From IMG/VR virus record IMGVR_UViG_3300035210_000189, positions 64,001 through 128,000 of that record: 64,000 bases of DNA. One strand, written 5' to 3'. The DNA comes from a virus. Shown piece by piece: positions 10,514-20,497 of the stretch (position 1 is the first letter of the stretch; each line of letters starts with the position of its first letter). A program made the translations under genes and the position numbers. A model generated the notes under the pieces. That model saw only the letters and a program-made list of their open reading frames with translations, had not been told where the DNA came from and made no database searches.

Positions 10514-10582
10514 CTTCTTAGTCTATTGATTTTTCGTCCTACTGTGTTATAATGGCCTTCTTAATTAGGGAGGTCATTTATC

Positions 10583-11074
10583 ATGTCAAACAATCATGAA
10601 ATCGAAAATCTTGAAGATAAAATTTTCACGACCTTACGCCGTCACGGGAACTATTCGATCCCTAAAAATGCGGTAAACATTTATGCACCTATCCTTACTT
10701 TGCTGACTAAAATGAGTGAAGATGGCTTGGTTGTGCAAAGTGAAAACCCTAATAAGATCATTTTCACTACTACCGAAAAAATGGCACAGACTGTCATTAT
10801 TCGTGGGGTGACTGCAGATAAAGTCCGCACAGGATTTCACCTTTGTCGTCAAAAGAATGATGAAGTTGTCGCACAGGTTAATGCTCGTAACCGTGAAGTT
10901 TATATCAAGGATATTGACTTTCTTGGTGTTGTTCAATCTGTGGAAACAAAAGAAGTGCCTGCTAATATTTGGGAAAAGCTGACTTTTAGAAAAAACAGCT
11001 TGAAAACAGTGATTAAATTCAAATACAAAACACTGGTGGTGTCTCCTGAAACTGAATTGATGAAAGTTCGTTAA
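10583..11074 (+). CDS. Hypothetical protein
   Basis: Promoter and GGAGG RBS. Confidence 0.7.
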   Translation: MSNNHEIENLEDKIFTTLRRHGNYSIPKNAVNIYAPILTLLTKMSEDGLVVQSENPNKIIFTTTEKMAQTVIIRGVTADKVRTGFHLCRQKNDEVVAQVNARNREVYIKDIDFLGVVQSVETKEVPANIWEKLTFRKNSLKTVIKFKYKTLVVSPETELMKVR

Positions 11075-11207
11075 TTCTTATGATATCGTCATAATATCAC
11101 CACAATTAAAATATGAAAATTTGATGGCAATTCATCTAGAACAAGCATTTCGGTGCTTGTTTTTTTTTAAATGAATAGTTATACTATTTTAATTATGGAG
11201 ATTTACA

Positions 11208-11528
11208 TTGTTTAAAATTATTAGTTTATTTGGCGTTATAGCCTTCTTATCTGGGTGTGGTGGTGATACTGTCATCAGTGAAGCCCCTCGTGAGTTTATT
11301 GTTTTGGAATACGATGAGCCTTATGGTTTTAGTGTAACCCTTGAAGACTTGATTACGCATGAAATTTATAAAGATGTTTCAGTTTCCAGAACCTGTGATG
11401 ATTACGCAAAGCTAAAAATTGATTCTATTTGGTCATTCCCTGTGACTACTTATGTCGATAATTCTGGTAAATCCTATTCGGTGGTTGACGCTACTGATTT
11501 ATGTGACAGACTCGAGAAAATGCTGTAA
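11208..11528 (+). CDS. Putative lipoprotein
   Basis: Signal peptide with lipobox LSGC; TTG start after GGAG. Confidence 0.7.
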   Translation: MFKIISLFGVIAFLSGCGGDTVISEAPREFIVLEYDEPYGFSVTLEDLITHEIYKDVSVSRTCDDYAKLKIDSIWSFPVTTYVDNSGKSYSVVDATDLCDRLEKML

Positions 11529-11582
11529 AACTTTTTATATTTATGATATAATTATGCATTCTTTATAATATAGGATGCCGTT

Positions 11583-12260
11583 ATGAACGCAGCTACCCAA
11601 CATTTCAGTGGTGTTTTTACTAAAATTAAGACACTCATCAGCCAATATAAACTTTCAGAGTTTATTAATTCTTCTTTGCTGTTTTCTTCGCTCTGTTCGT
11701 TGGCTATGCTGTATGCCTTCTCTTATGGATTGCAGACAGAAAGCCGTGAATTGATTGTCTTTACCCCGCTTAATGCTATTAGTTCATTCCTTTTATTTTG
11801 TTTTGGCTTATGGATGACAAAAAGCTCTAAATTACCAGATCGCTATTATAGCTGGTCCTCGGCCATTAACTATCTCGGGGTGCTGTTACTTATTCCTTAC
11901 CTTGTCTTTATTGACAATCGGTCAATGGTAGCATTGGCAATGTCGTTTTTCTTTATCAATATTTTTAACTTGTGTATCCTGTTACACCTATTAAATTTCC
12001 GTTCTAATTACCACCATGACTGGAATGCCTTGCGTAAACTGACATCATTGAAATCTGGTTTCAATTTCAAACTGTCGATGGGAGTAAAATTACATGTGTT
12101 GATGCCTGTGGGTTTAGTGACAATCTATTTTGATAAAATTTGTGTGAATGGTGTTGATTATGATTTGTATGATCTAACCAAATACTTTGAAACCCATGAT
12201 TTAGATTTAAATACCGCCACTGATGATGATTTTAAACTGTTTGAAATGATCAGATATTAA
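11583..12260 (+). CDS. Membrane protein, family D (1/3)
   Basis: About 4 TM segments plus soluble C-terminal domain; ends LFEMIRY. Confidence 0.75.
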   Translation: MNAATQHFSGVFTKIKTLISQYKLSEFINSSLLFSSLCSLAMLYAFSYGLQTESRELIVFTPLNAISSFLLFCFGLWMTKSSKLPDRYYSWSSAINYLGVLLLIPYLVFIDNRSMVALAMSFFFINIFNLCILLHLLNFRSNYHHDWNALRKLTSLKSGFNFKLSMGVKLHVLMPVGLVTIYFDKICVNGVDYDLYDLTKYFETHDLDLNTATDDDFKLFEMIRY

Positions 12261-12283
12261 TTACGTTAGATAAGGATTGATTT

Positions 12284-12946
12284 ATGAATAAAATTATATT
12301 TTTTTGTCAACGTTTGTTTGTCTCCTATTCTGTGTCTTTGATGGCTATTATTTTTTCTGTTTTTTTTGGAATAGCTAACTCAGGTATTGTGGAATCAGAT
12401 ATTATTGGCATTGTAGTAACAGGTTGTTTAGCCTTGGTTATGCTTGTTATGTGTGCGGATGGCCGTGCAGAAATTAAAAATATTACTTACTATTCAAAAG
12501 TGGCAAGTTTAAACTATCTATTCAGCTTTTTATTGATTGTTTATACTATTTTAATGAAAGGATTTGATATACATTTCATGTTGGCACCTGCTCTATTGTT
12601 AAGTCTTTTTAATATATATCTGTGTTTTAAAATGCAATCAAATCTTTCTAATCTGGTCGTGGTTCCTGAACTTCAAAAACTTCGTAAATTGCTACCTGAT
12701 GTCAAACACTTCAAGATTGATTATGATTACACTTTTTTGAAACCTACTGATGCTCCGAGGTATGAGCCAAGATCTTACAAAATTATCACGACACTTGGAA
12801 ATCTATCTTTTGATGGAAGATTCTTTTATCTTAATGGACATACTTATGAGATAGCTAACTTTATTTCGGGTTATAGATCGTGTAATATTAACATTGACAC
12901 ATCAACACCAGAAGATGCTACCGTTATGCAAATGTTTTGTATATAA
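12284..12946 (+). CDS. Membrane protein, family D (2/3)
   Basis: YYS..A..NYL, FN, LRKL motifs; ends VMQMFCI. Confidence 0.75.
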   Translation: MNKIIFFCQRLFVSYSVSLMAIIFSVFFGIANSGIVESDIIGIVVTGCLALVMLVMCADGRAEIKNITYYSKVASLNYLFSFLLIVYTILMKGFDIHFMLAPALLLSLFNIYLCFKMQSNLSNLVVVPELQKLRKLLPDVKHFKIDYDYTFLKPTDAPRYEPRSYKIITTLGNLSFDGRFFYLNGHTYEIANFISGYRSCNINIDTSTPEDATVMQMFCI

Positions 12947-13035
12947 AAGCAATGGTATAAGCCATTCTGATCTATCATGTTTACTCGGAATAGTGTATAA
13001 TCAGCTTCTAATTTAAATAATGCCATGAGGTATTT

Positions 13036-13698
13036 ATGAAATCATTAAACATGTTACGTCAGTTAAATTTAGCATCCTTCATCATGTTGGCGTGTGCTAT
13101 TTATTGTGCTGTTGCTTCATTTCATTACGTGACAGTAAATGGAAATAAGTTTTTCTTTGCTGTCGGTGGTGTTACTTCGGTGATGTTGGGTTTTGCGGTT
13201 GTCTTGAATGTATTGAATATTTTCATGATGCCGCGAGATAAATTCTATTCCAATGGGGCATGGACATTCCATTTACTCAGTGTACTGCTGTTGGTTACAT
13301 CGTTTACAGCCCCCGAAGAATATTTGATCAACTTTATCAGTATCGCTGTGCTTTCCATTTTCAATATTGTTGTTTTTTTAAGCACGATGTCATTTCGTTC
13401 TCGTGAATCGACGTTGATCAATCAACTTCGAAAACTATTTCCTGATGAAAAGTTCTTTAATTTCGATATTGATTTCAAATTTAAGAAAGACTTCATTGAA
13501 GACGCTGTTGATACTTACATTTCTGGCATTCGTCTCTTGACGCCCTTTGGCAAAGTAGTGTTTGTCGGTGATGGTTTTTATTTCGATGATCGTTTTCATG
13601 AAGCTAAACGCTTTGTGACTAGCCTAAAAGATTGTGGTTTTAAGTTTAATAAAGCAACACCTGACGAAATGAAAGTTGTTGAAATGCACGTTTATTAA
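13036..13698 (+). CDS. Membrane protein, family D (3/3)
   Basis: LRKLFPD, TPFG; ends VVEMHVY. Confidence 0.75.
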   Translation: MKSLNMLRQLNLASFIMLACAIYCAVASFHYVTVNGNKFFFAVGGVTSVMLGFAVVLNVLNIFMMPRDKFYSNGAWTFHLLSVLLLVTSFTAPEEYLINFISIAVLSIFNIVVFLSTMSFRSRESTLINQLRKLFPDEKFFNFDIDFKFKKDFIEDAVDTYISGIRLLTPFGKVVFVGDGFYFDDRFHEAKRFVTSLKDCGFKFNKATPDEMKVVEMHVY

Positions 13699-13732
13699 AT
13701 TTTTTAATAATTATTTAACATTAGGAGTTCGT

Positions 13733-13921
13733 ATGACCACTATTACACAACGTTCAAAAGATGATTTGCTACACGACATTATTTGTTTCTGTCGGGATGA
13801 CTACGATGAGCTAGCCAGCATTATCAGAAATGGTATGAAAGGCATGAACGACATGGATGAAGCGGAGTTGCTGGCTTTGTTTAAAGAATATGGCGTTGAG
13901 CCTGCTTTTGAGGTGGAATAA
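13733..13921 (+). CDS. Small acidic hypothetical protein
   Basis: AGGAG RBS. Confidence 0.6.
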   Translation: MTTITQRSKDDLLHDIICFCRDDYDELASIIRNGMKGMNDMDEAELLALFKEYGVEPAFEVE

Positions 13922-14193
13922 TGGCTAAGTTGAGTTCGTTACTCAGTTGGATTAAAAAGCCTCGGGATAACCTGAATGAGCTTCGTAGTGAGGCTCAATC
14001 ACTTATTAGTCAGATTGAATCTCGCTTGTATGCACAAGAAACTCGGGAAGGTTATCTTAACTCCATGAGGACGCTAAGATCGAGTCGAGAACTCTTACAA
14101 ATGCTAGAAGGAACCAGTGAGGCTAATCAAATTATATTCTTGAAAAAAATGATTAAGCGATTAAAGCCTATTAGCAAAATGAAATATTGTTAA
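13921..14193 (+). CDS. Hypothetical protein
   Basis: GAGGT RBS, translationally coupled. Confidence 0.6.
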   Translation: MAKLSSLLSWIKKPRDNLNELRSEAQSLISQIESRLYAQETREGYLNSMRTLRSSRELLQMLEGTSEANQIIFLKKMIKRLKPISKMKYC

Positions 14194-14276
14194 ATAATCA
14201 TAGAATATTGTTGTTATATAGTACCCGTTATGTTATTATTAACATCTTGCTTTCAAATATTAGTCAGGAGCCGTTC

Positions 14277-14807
14277 ATGAAATCTAAAGAACTAACAAAA
14301 TTAAATATTCTCGTTGCTGTCCTTAAAAACAACTACAGTGATTATTATGAAAAGCATATTGGACATGACTTTCTTGATGATCTTGATGTCCACAAAAACT
14401 CAGATAGCATTTCTTATTTGATGGAACATGTTCGTAAGCTGAAACCAACTGACAAAGAATATCCTGACTATTTGAAGCATTGTTATGCTATCTTCCTTGA
14501 ATTGCAACACCTTGTTAAAGTAGAACTTGAAGAAGCTGAACAAAACCACATTCATCTCATTAAACGCAGTTTTACTACAAAGTCCGTTGATCGTTTAATG
14601 TTGCTTGACTTGGCTGTGAACGACCCGTTTTCAATGGATAAATTTTGTGAAGATGTCAAAAAAGATAAAAAAGAGTTTTTATCCAGCGTAATTATCAATT
14701 TGGTAGAAAGCTATAAGTTATTCAAGAAAGAAAAAACTCGAAAATTAGATAGAATCAACTATTTCACTAATTATTTTGCAAAATGTTTTAATGATTTAAC
14801 GAATTGA
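14277..14807 (+). CDS. Hypothetical protein
   Basis: AGGAG RBS. Confidence 0.65.
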   Translation: MKSKELTKLNILVAVLKNNYSDYYEKHIGHDFLDDLDVHKNSDSISYLMEHVRKLKPTDKEYPDYLKHCYAIFLELQHLVKVELEEAEQNHIHLIKRSFTTKSVDRLMLLDLAVNDPFSMDKFCEDVKKDKKEFLSSVIINLVESYKLFKKEKTRKLDRINYFTNYFAKCFNDLTN

Positions 14808-14810
14808 GCA

Positions 14811-14940
14811 ACTATGGCCCGTATCCCTGTATTGGTTAAGACCTAGTAGCAATAGTCCGGTGGATACCTCGCCAGTAATGGTAATTAGACGACTGAATGT
14901 GTGTCGGCAAATCCGGTGTAATGGTGGAAGTCCGTTAACA
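14811..14940 (+). ncRNA. Candidate structured RNA, family unknown
   Basis: GC-rich intergenic stretch: gtatcc/ggatac stem, gcca-GTAA-tggt tetraloop, gtcgg-caaat-ccggt and taatgg-tggaagt-ccgtta hairpins, then a terminator. Confidence 0.5.
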
Positions 14941-14943
14941 AAG

Positions 14944-14964
14944 AAGACCTTCGGGTCTTTTTTT
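14944..14964 (+). terminator. Intrinsic terminator
   Basis: aagacc-TTCG-ggtctt plus T-run. Confidence 0.85.
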
Positions 14965-15137
14965 GTTTATATTTTATTATTATTGAAATATCAAAACAAG
15001 AAGGATTGGTTAATGTTAAAAAACGAGATGATTATTGGAAGAGTATTACTGCCATTAAGAAATAATTAGTTTACATATTCTAAATTGATAAATATTTTAA
15101 TACAGGTATAATAATAAAAAATAATAAGAATAAAGAT

Positions 15138-15983
15138 ATGCACAACTATTTAAAAATGGCATTGGCTGTTTCAATGTCAGTTACCCCATTACTATCGCTT
15201 GCTGATTATAAAGTTAATTACTTTCTTGATAAAAATAATATATCCTTTAAAAATAAACCCCTTGCTCAATGGCTGGCGTCAACACCAACTTATAGTGAAT
15301 GGGCATATGTAGGTGATTATTTTAACTGTCAATCAGCTTTACCTACGGCTGATTCACAACCAGATGGTGTTTCTTTCACTCAAACATTATCAGAATGCAC
15401 TAAAATTCGTTCTCGTACAGTTCAAGAAAGAGAACAGAATAATCAGACACACGAATACCGAAATGTGGGTATCCCTGTAGAAGAAACTGAAAATGAAGAA
15501 CATTTAACATACACCAAACAATTAACTGGCACGAAAGTGTCATTCTCGTTTACTTTCTCGGCAGGTAAATCATCAGCAGTGGGTGGAGATACCATTGTTG
15601 GTCTTTATGCTAGAACAAATGCTGGCATTTCTCTTGGGTCAACCGTTTTAAATGAAAATGGTGCTCGTATATTGTTGTATTATTATTCACATGCATATTA
15701 CAATGCAATGACAGTCTGTTCCATAAGATTTGCAATGACCGCCAAAACGGGTTGGACTCCGGGGGGAGTAACACCTCCTACTGCTATGAACGACTTGAAG
15801 AAATATAATTATATTGATTTATATAAATCTAGCACCTTAGTTAAACGTTATTCTGTAGCCGCCGCCCCTGTATTAACTTCTGATGCGGGATACTTTAAAG
15901 AAATCTCAGTTCCTTGTAGTGAGATGTCTGCTTTTTATGCAAATACAACGTTGTTTAATAAAGTCGAATTAAATAAAGACTAA
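15138..15983 (+). CDS. Secreted protein, 'ADY' family (1/3), adhesin-like
   Basis: Sec signal ending SLA|DYK; W..W..C...FTQT..C...RTVQ module. Confidence 0.7.
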   Translation: MHNYLKMALAVSMSVTPLLSLADYKVNYFLDKNNISFKNKPLAQWLASTPTYSEWAYVGDYFNCQSALPTADSQPDGVSFTQTLSECTKIRSRTVQEREQNNQTHEYRNVGIPVEETENEEHLTYTKQLTGTKVSFSFTFSAGKSSAVGGDTIVGLYARTNAGISLGSTVLNENGARILLYYYSHAYYNAMTVCSIRFAMTAKTGWTPGGVTPPTAMNDLKKYNYIDLYKSSTLVKRYSVAAAPVLTSDAGYFKEISVPCSEMSAFYANTTLFNKVELNKD

Positions 15984-16036
15984 AATTAAATAATAAAAAA
16001 AGACCTTCGAAAAGGTCTTTTTTGTTTGTTAGTTAT

Positions 16037-16618
16037 TTACTGTTTTTGGAACTTAGCCCACTCTTCTTTGATGGTTTCTGAATCGACAAAGACAGCAATA
16101 TTTTCATAGACTACATCGTTAATCTTGATATCATGATCTCGACCGACTGACATACCAAGGATGGCTGATTTGTCTGCAGAGTAGACTGGCCCACCTGACA
16201 TGCCACCAATCGTTTTGGAATCACTAATGGCATAGCGACCATCTTTAAACTCAACTTCATCTCTGATGAACTTCCCACGTAGTTCAACCGATAAACCATT
16301 TGGCTTCGGGCCTACATGAATAACTTCTTCATCATCTTTTGGTGTTCTCCATTCAATGTTTGGATTGAATTTATCATTCGGTTTGTTTTTGAAGAACACA
16401 AGATCAACCGTTTCACTCACGTAATCAGGCGATTCTGGGTATTTGTTGTGCTTGGCTGTTACGGCATATTCTTCATTCCACTGAATAAAGCTGGCCGTCA
16501 CTACTTCGGGGTTTTTGTTTCCAATAATGGTATCATAATTACTATTGGGAGCATGACTTGAACAACCAACAACTGCAGCAGCCAGAACCAATGCACACAT
16601 CATTTTAACGATTTTCAA
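16037..16618 (-). CDS. Trypsin-like serine protease lipoprotein (intact triad)
   Basis: Lipobox VVGC; VTAKH, VDLVF, GMSGGP. Confidence 0.85.
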   Translation of the reverse strand: MKIVKMMCALVLAAAVVGCSSHAPNSNYDTIIGNKNPEVVTASFIQWNEEYAVTAKHNKYPESPDYVSETVDLVFFKNKPNDKFNPNIEWRTPKDDEEVIHVGPKPNGLSVELRGKFIRDEVEFKDGRYAISDSKTIGGMSGGPVYSADKSAILGMSVGRDHDIKINDVVYENIAVFVDSETIKEEWAKFQKQ

Positions 16619-16765
16619 TGTTAATACTCCTATTAAAGTTGCAACGATTATACGCTTAAATATTAATATTAGCAATTGTTTTTTTGTTCTTTATAACCTT
16701 TTTGGATTACTGTTTGACGAAAAACCAATTTGAGGTATACTTTTTCCATTGGTAGGAGATGTAAA

Positions 16766-17338
16766 ATGATTAAAAAATTAAAATATATGGCGTTATTGGG
16801 TTTATTCTCTGGCGTTTGCTTTGCTCAACAACCCAACAAGATTGAGCAGCAAGACATTAAAGCGATTGGTGATTTTCTACGAGGACAATCAGGATTACGA
16901 ATAGGATCGATTATTAATACCAGCACGTATGAACCGCTTAACAAGCTAGGTTATTTCACACTCAAACCAGCAAAAGAAATATATCCTTTTACTCGCTATG
17001 AAATAGGTGTTACACCAATTAGCCAACAGCTCTACACCTTTTATCTGGAAGGTCAATCGCCTAATTGCCAGAAAGACAACATAACCTTCAGAACCTTTAT
17101 TGATAAACGTTTTGGTCACCCTGTTCAAACGCATTTCAATCCAGCCGATGAATCAAATATGGTTTTTATGTTGCAAGAACCCACAGCCGGTACCAATAAT
17201 TTACTCATGTATTCCTGTGATACAGTGACTAATAAGACGTTCATCTATTATTATCGAGAACACTTAACCAATGTATTTAACAATGAAGTCACTGCTTGGT
17301 ATGCTAAGCAATTGGATGACACAACAGCTTCTAAATAA
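16766..17338 (+). CDS. Secreted hypothetical protein
   Basis: Signal peptide ending CFA|QQ; AGGAG RBS. Confidence 0.7.
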   Translation: MIKKLKYMALLGLFSGVCFAQQPNKIEQQDIKAIGDFLRGQSGLRIGSIINTSTYEPLNKLGYFTLKPAKEIYPFTRYEIGVTPISQQLYTFYLEGQSPNCQKDNITFRTFIDKRFGHPVQTHFNPADESNMVFMLQEPTAGTNNLLMYSCDTVTNKTFIYYYREHLTNVFNNEVTAWYAKQLDDTTASK

Positions 17339-17341
17339 TTG

Positions 17342-17370
17342 TTGACTTTCAATGGCTCTTTTGTTAATAT
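17342..17370 (+). promoter_or_regulatory. sigma70-like promoter of tRNA-like RNA
   Basis: TTGACT-17 nt-TAATAT. Confidence 0.7.
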
Positions 17371-17375
17371 GGAAC

Positions 17376-17471
17376 CACTAGGTAGAGATGACGATGCAAT
17401 CGCCTCACAGCAAGGTTAGATCATCTTTAGGTTCAGCGGCGATTGGCGGGGTTCGAAGCCCCGATCTAGTG
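17376..17471 (+). ncRNA. Stand-alone tRNA-like RNA (acceptor stem and T arm, no canonical D/anticodon arms)
   Basis: cactaggt/atctagtg terminal stem, caatcgcc/ggcgattg stem, cgggg-TTCGAAG-ccccg T arm; own promoter and terminator. Confidence 0.75.
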
Positions 17472-17473
17472 TG

Positions 17474-17503
17474 AGGCTTACGATTATGTAAGCCTTTTTT
17501 TTT
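17474..17503 (+). terminator. Intrinsic terminator
   Basis: aggcttac-gattat-gtaagcct plus T-run. Confidence 0.8.
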
Positions 17504-17513
17504 GGAGAAAATT

Positions 17514-18140
17514 ATGGAACAAGCGAACACTCATTATTTTAAAGCGATGATTATCGTTCTATTGCTTGCTCTTATTTCTTTTTGTATCAATGCGGCTGTT
17601 ATCAATCCTTTTGAAACATTGCCTTTCTTCTTTTTAATCCTTTTGGCTGTTGCTGCTGGATTGTCTGTTCTGGTGTTGTTTAAGTCCCGTCAATATTTAA
17701 TCATTACTGATGGTGTTAGCCTTCTTAAAATGGGTGTTTCATTAGTTCTAGCCATCGTATTCTTCTCTTCTATCATGTCTATCTTTAATCCACAGATTAA
17801 AAGTTTGCTTGTGGCTAAAAAATATGATGACTATTATGTTCAGATTGCTGAACAAGACCGTTATCAGCCTGCTTACTATTACTTTGCCGTTGGACGACAA
17901 AAGAATAATGAAAAATACTTAGTCAATTTTGAAAAAAATAATGTGATGCGGAACTTTACCTACCTTTCGGATGAAGCATTGGCCCAATTAACAACCTATA
18001 TTAAAACATCCAGAGATAAGAACCTTATCAAACTGTATGAAGATCTGAATAAAGATAATCGCCTTAACTTGATGGAAGTTGCTCAAATCATGGATTTTAT
18101 TAATAAATTTGGAGTTCATAATGAAAAACCGCCTTTCTAA
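17514..18140 (+). CDS. Membrane protein (3 N-terminal TM segments)
   Basis: Hydrophobic N-terminal half; GGAG RBS. Confidence 0.7.
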   Translation: MEQANTHYFKAMIIVLLLALISFCINAAVINPFETLPFFFLILLAVAAGLSVLVLFKSRQYLIITDGVSLLKMGVSLVLAIVFFSSIMSIFNPQIKSLLVAKKYDDYYVQIAEQDRYQPAYYYFAVGRQKNNEKYLVNFEKNNVMRNFTYLSDEALAQLTTYIKTSRDKNLIKLYEDLNKDNRLNLMEVAQIMDFINKFGVHNEKPPF

Positions 18141-18396
18141 ACGTATCAAGACGCTTTATAAAAAAATTGAACATGTCTTTCCAACTGATGAAGAAAAAGA
18201 GCCTTGTCCACAATGTGGTGGCTGTATGAGACATCGTATCAGTCAAGACAGTGGCATGTCAGCCGAAGCTAAATTTGGTTGCATTAAATGTCATTACACT
18301 GAATTTCGTGGGGGGACTGGCAGTGAAATCTGGTTGGAAAAGATTTATCACGCTCGACAAAAAAGTCCTTTTTTAAGAAGATTGTATTTCAGTTAA
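18121..18396 (+). CDS. Zinc-ribbon protein
   Basis: CPQCGG...CIKC. Confidence 0.65.
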   Translation: MKNRLSKRIKTLYKKIEHVFPTDEEKEPCPQCGGCMRHRISQDSGMSAEAKFGCIKCHYTEFRGGTGSEIWLEKIYHARQKSPFLRRLYFS

Positions 18397-18448
18397 CAAA
18401 AAAATAGCGTATACTACAACTCACACCTTACATTCATGGAGATTTACT

Positions 18449-18793
18449 ATGGGAAATAAAAATAAACCACAACGTTTTGAAGGCTTCTGGTGGTCCGAGC
18501 GTGAACCACACTTTCCAAAACCAGTCAGTTCCGATGTCGCTTTTGAAGGTAAAGAAGCTGTAATCGTGGCTCTTGAAAAACTTGAAAAAGATATTTACCT
18601 GCATAAAGACCGGGCAGGTACTTGTGTCTACTTTAAAGGATTTTCTATTTGCCGCTGCTGTGGTGCTGAAAACGGAGATATGGAGTTTTCCTACAAGAAC
18701 TGGAAGTGGCCGGTTGGTTTGTCTCACTATGTTAAAGTCCACAACATCAAGCCATCTGATGACTTCTTGAAAGATGTTCTTCACATTGGTTAA
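18449..18793 (+). CDS. Hypothetical protein with CxxC and HY...H
   Basis: GFSICRCCG...WKWP.GL.HYV..H. Confidence 0.7.
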   Translation: MGNKNKPQRFEGFWWSEREPHFPKPVSSDVAFEGKEAVIVALEKLEKDIYLHKDRAGTCVYFKGFSICRCCGAENGDMEFSYKNWKWPVGLSHYVKVHNIKPSDDFLKDVLHIG

Positions 18794-18882
18794 ACTTTGA
18801 CCAGATTTAGACTTTAACTTAAAAAAACTTGAATTGCTGTCCTCAGAATGGTATAATAACTTATCATTTTGAGGGCAAACAC

Positions 18883-19686
18883 ATGACCACTAAAACTTAT
18901 GAAATTGTTGTACAAACCAACCAAGACCTTAGTGAAATTTATGAGGCTATCGGTGGTTACATTACGGGTCATGCTAAACGAAAAGAGTCTTGTGAAGGCG
19001 ATTATCCGTATGGCACAGATGATGTGATGGCAAACTATGCGGCTAAAACAAAAGATACAAACATCTATTACAATTGGTGGTGTAAAAATGCTTGCTTTAA
19101 AGGTGCATACAACGACACACCTTTTGATCTGATTACGGGTGTTCAGGCATTCCATGACAGTAATTTTCCACGTATCATTTTTTCTGATCATGAATCCGAT
19201 TCAGAAGTTCGAGCTAAAATCAAGGATCAATTTTTCAAAAAATTTAATGTGATTGTTGATACAATCGACAATTCCACTTTGATTGATGAAGTAAAAGTTC
19301 GTATTGATTCTGATGCCTTTACTGAACAATATTCTCGCAAATATTGCTATGAATTGTTGAAAGAATATGAAATGCATGAAAAGATGTTCTCAGGTTATGT
19401 TATCAACAAGGTTAATGTAGATACCAATGTAGGCGTGAAGAGTGCAATTACTTTCTATGTAAATTCAGCCCCCAAGAATACAGAAGAATTCCTTGATAAT
19501 TTAATGAGTCGTATTGAGGATTTGGTTAAAGACTATAACCAAATGATGGTTTTGTCAGAAATGGAGAAATACTGTTTCTATACAGAGACAATTGAAGACG
19601 TTCTTGAATTCCCTAAGAACTTTCAAATTGTGGGTGTTGATTTGATTGAACATGTTACCGAGTCGAGAACCATTCAACTGACTTAA
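18883..19686 (+). CDS. Hypothetical protein
   Basis: Extended -10 promoter, GAGG RBS. Confidence 0.7.
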   Translation: MTTKTYEIVVQTNQDLSEIYEAIGGYITGHAKRKESCEGDYPYGTDDVMANYAAKTKDTNIYYNWWCKNACFKGAYNDTPFDLITGVQAFHDSNFPRIIFSDHESDSEVRAKIKDQFFKKFNVIVDTIDNSTLIDEVKVRIDSDAFTEQYSRKYCYELLKEYEMHEKMFSGYVINKVNVDTNVGVKSAITFYVNSAPKNTEEFLDNLMSRIEDLVKDYNQMMVLSEMEKYCFYTETIEDVLEFPKNFQIVGVDLIEHVTESRTIQLT

Positions 19687-19781
19687 ATTTATTGTAATAA
19701 AAGAAACCCAACCAAGTGTTGGGTTTTTTATTGAACATTCATTTGTACGATGGTATACTGGATGACATTTTGGAGAATTAC

Positions 19782-20480
19782 ATGTATTACATTAATGAAT
19801 ATTTTGGACCTACCTTTGTTGTAAAGCAATTGCCAACACGTATGAAAATTACGGTGACTGAAAAAGTTCATGAAACTTGTGGCAATAAATTGTGTACAGC
19901 TTATGGTGATAGAGGCTTCTTTGATTCATTTTGTCCGCATTGTGGTTCTCGTTGCAGCACCTTTAACATTGAGAAAAAGCGTAATGTATTTGTGAGTGAT
20001 GTTAGTAAAGAAATGGATGATATTCTTATTTACCCTTTTAATGATATTCCAGAAGGGGATTTAATTTTTATTCCAAAGTTTTCGAATGAAGGCTGGTTGA
20101 CACCGCTCACTAAACAACATATTATTTTCAAGTATCTTGTTAGAAAATGTCAGAATCAAGATTGTAATAATTTAGATTATGATATTAACTTCGACCATGT
20201 TTACTGTTCTGGGTGTGGTGTTAAGGCTGAATGTCAGGTAGATGAAAAATACGATTCGAATTTTACTAAAGACACTGCCAAACTATTAAACACATACTCA
20301 GATAAGCATGCATTTAAATCATTTGAACGTCCATTTGATGTTAATAAGGAAGTAGATGAAAATTTGACAGCCTTTAAACAGTTAAAAGAAGCCCAAGAGA
20401 TTGTTGAGCTGCTTGACTCTATTTATGGTGACGGTGCAACAAGTATTCAGAATAGACAAGTTAACTTTTTTGACAATTAA
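19782..20480 (+). CDS. Double zinc-ribbon protein
   Basis: CGNKLC/CPHCG and CQNQDC/CSGCG. Confidence 0.7.
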   Translation: MYYINEYFGPTFVVKQLPTRMKITVTEKVHETCGNKLCTAYGDRGFFDSFCPHCGSRCSTFNIEKKRNVFVSDVSKEMDDILIYPFNDIPEGDLIFIPKFSNEGWLTPLTKQHIIFKYLVRKCQNQDCNNLDYDINFDHVYCSGCGVKAECQVDEKYDSNFTKDTAKLLNTYSDKHAFKSFERPFDVNKEVDENLTAFKQLKEAQEIVELLDSIYGDGATSIQNRQVNFFDN

Positions 20481-20497
20481 ACCAATAGGCACACACA

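Noticed and set aside
17376-17471. Bona fide tmRNA (ssrA)
   Set aside because: Too short, no tag ORF, no alanine identity elements and no CCA.
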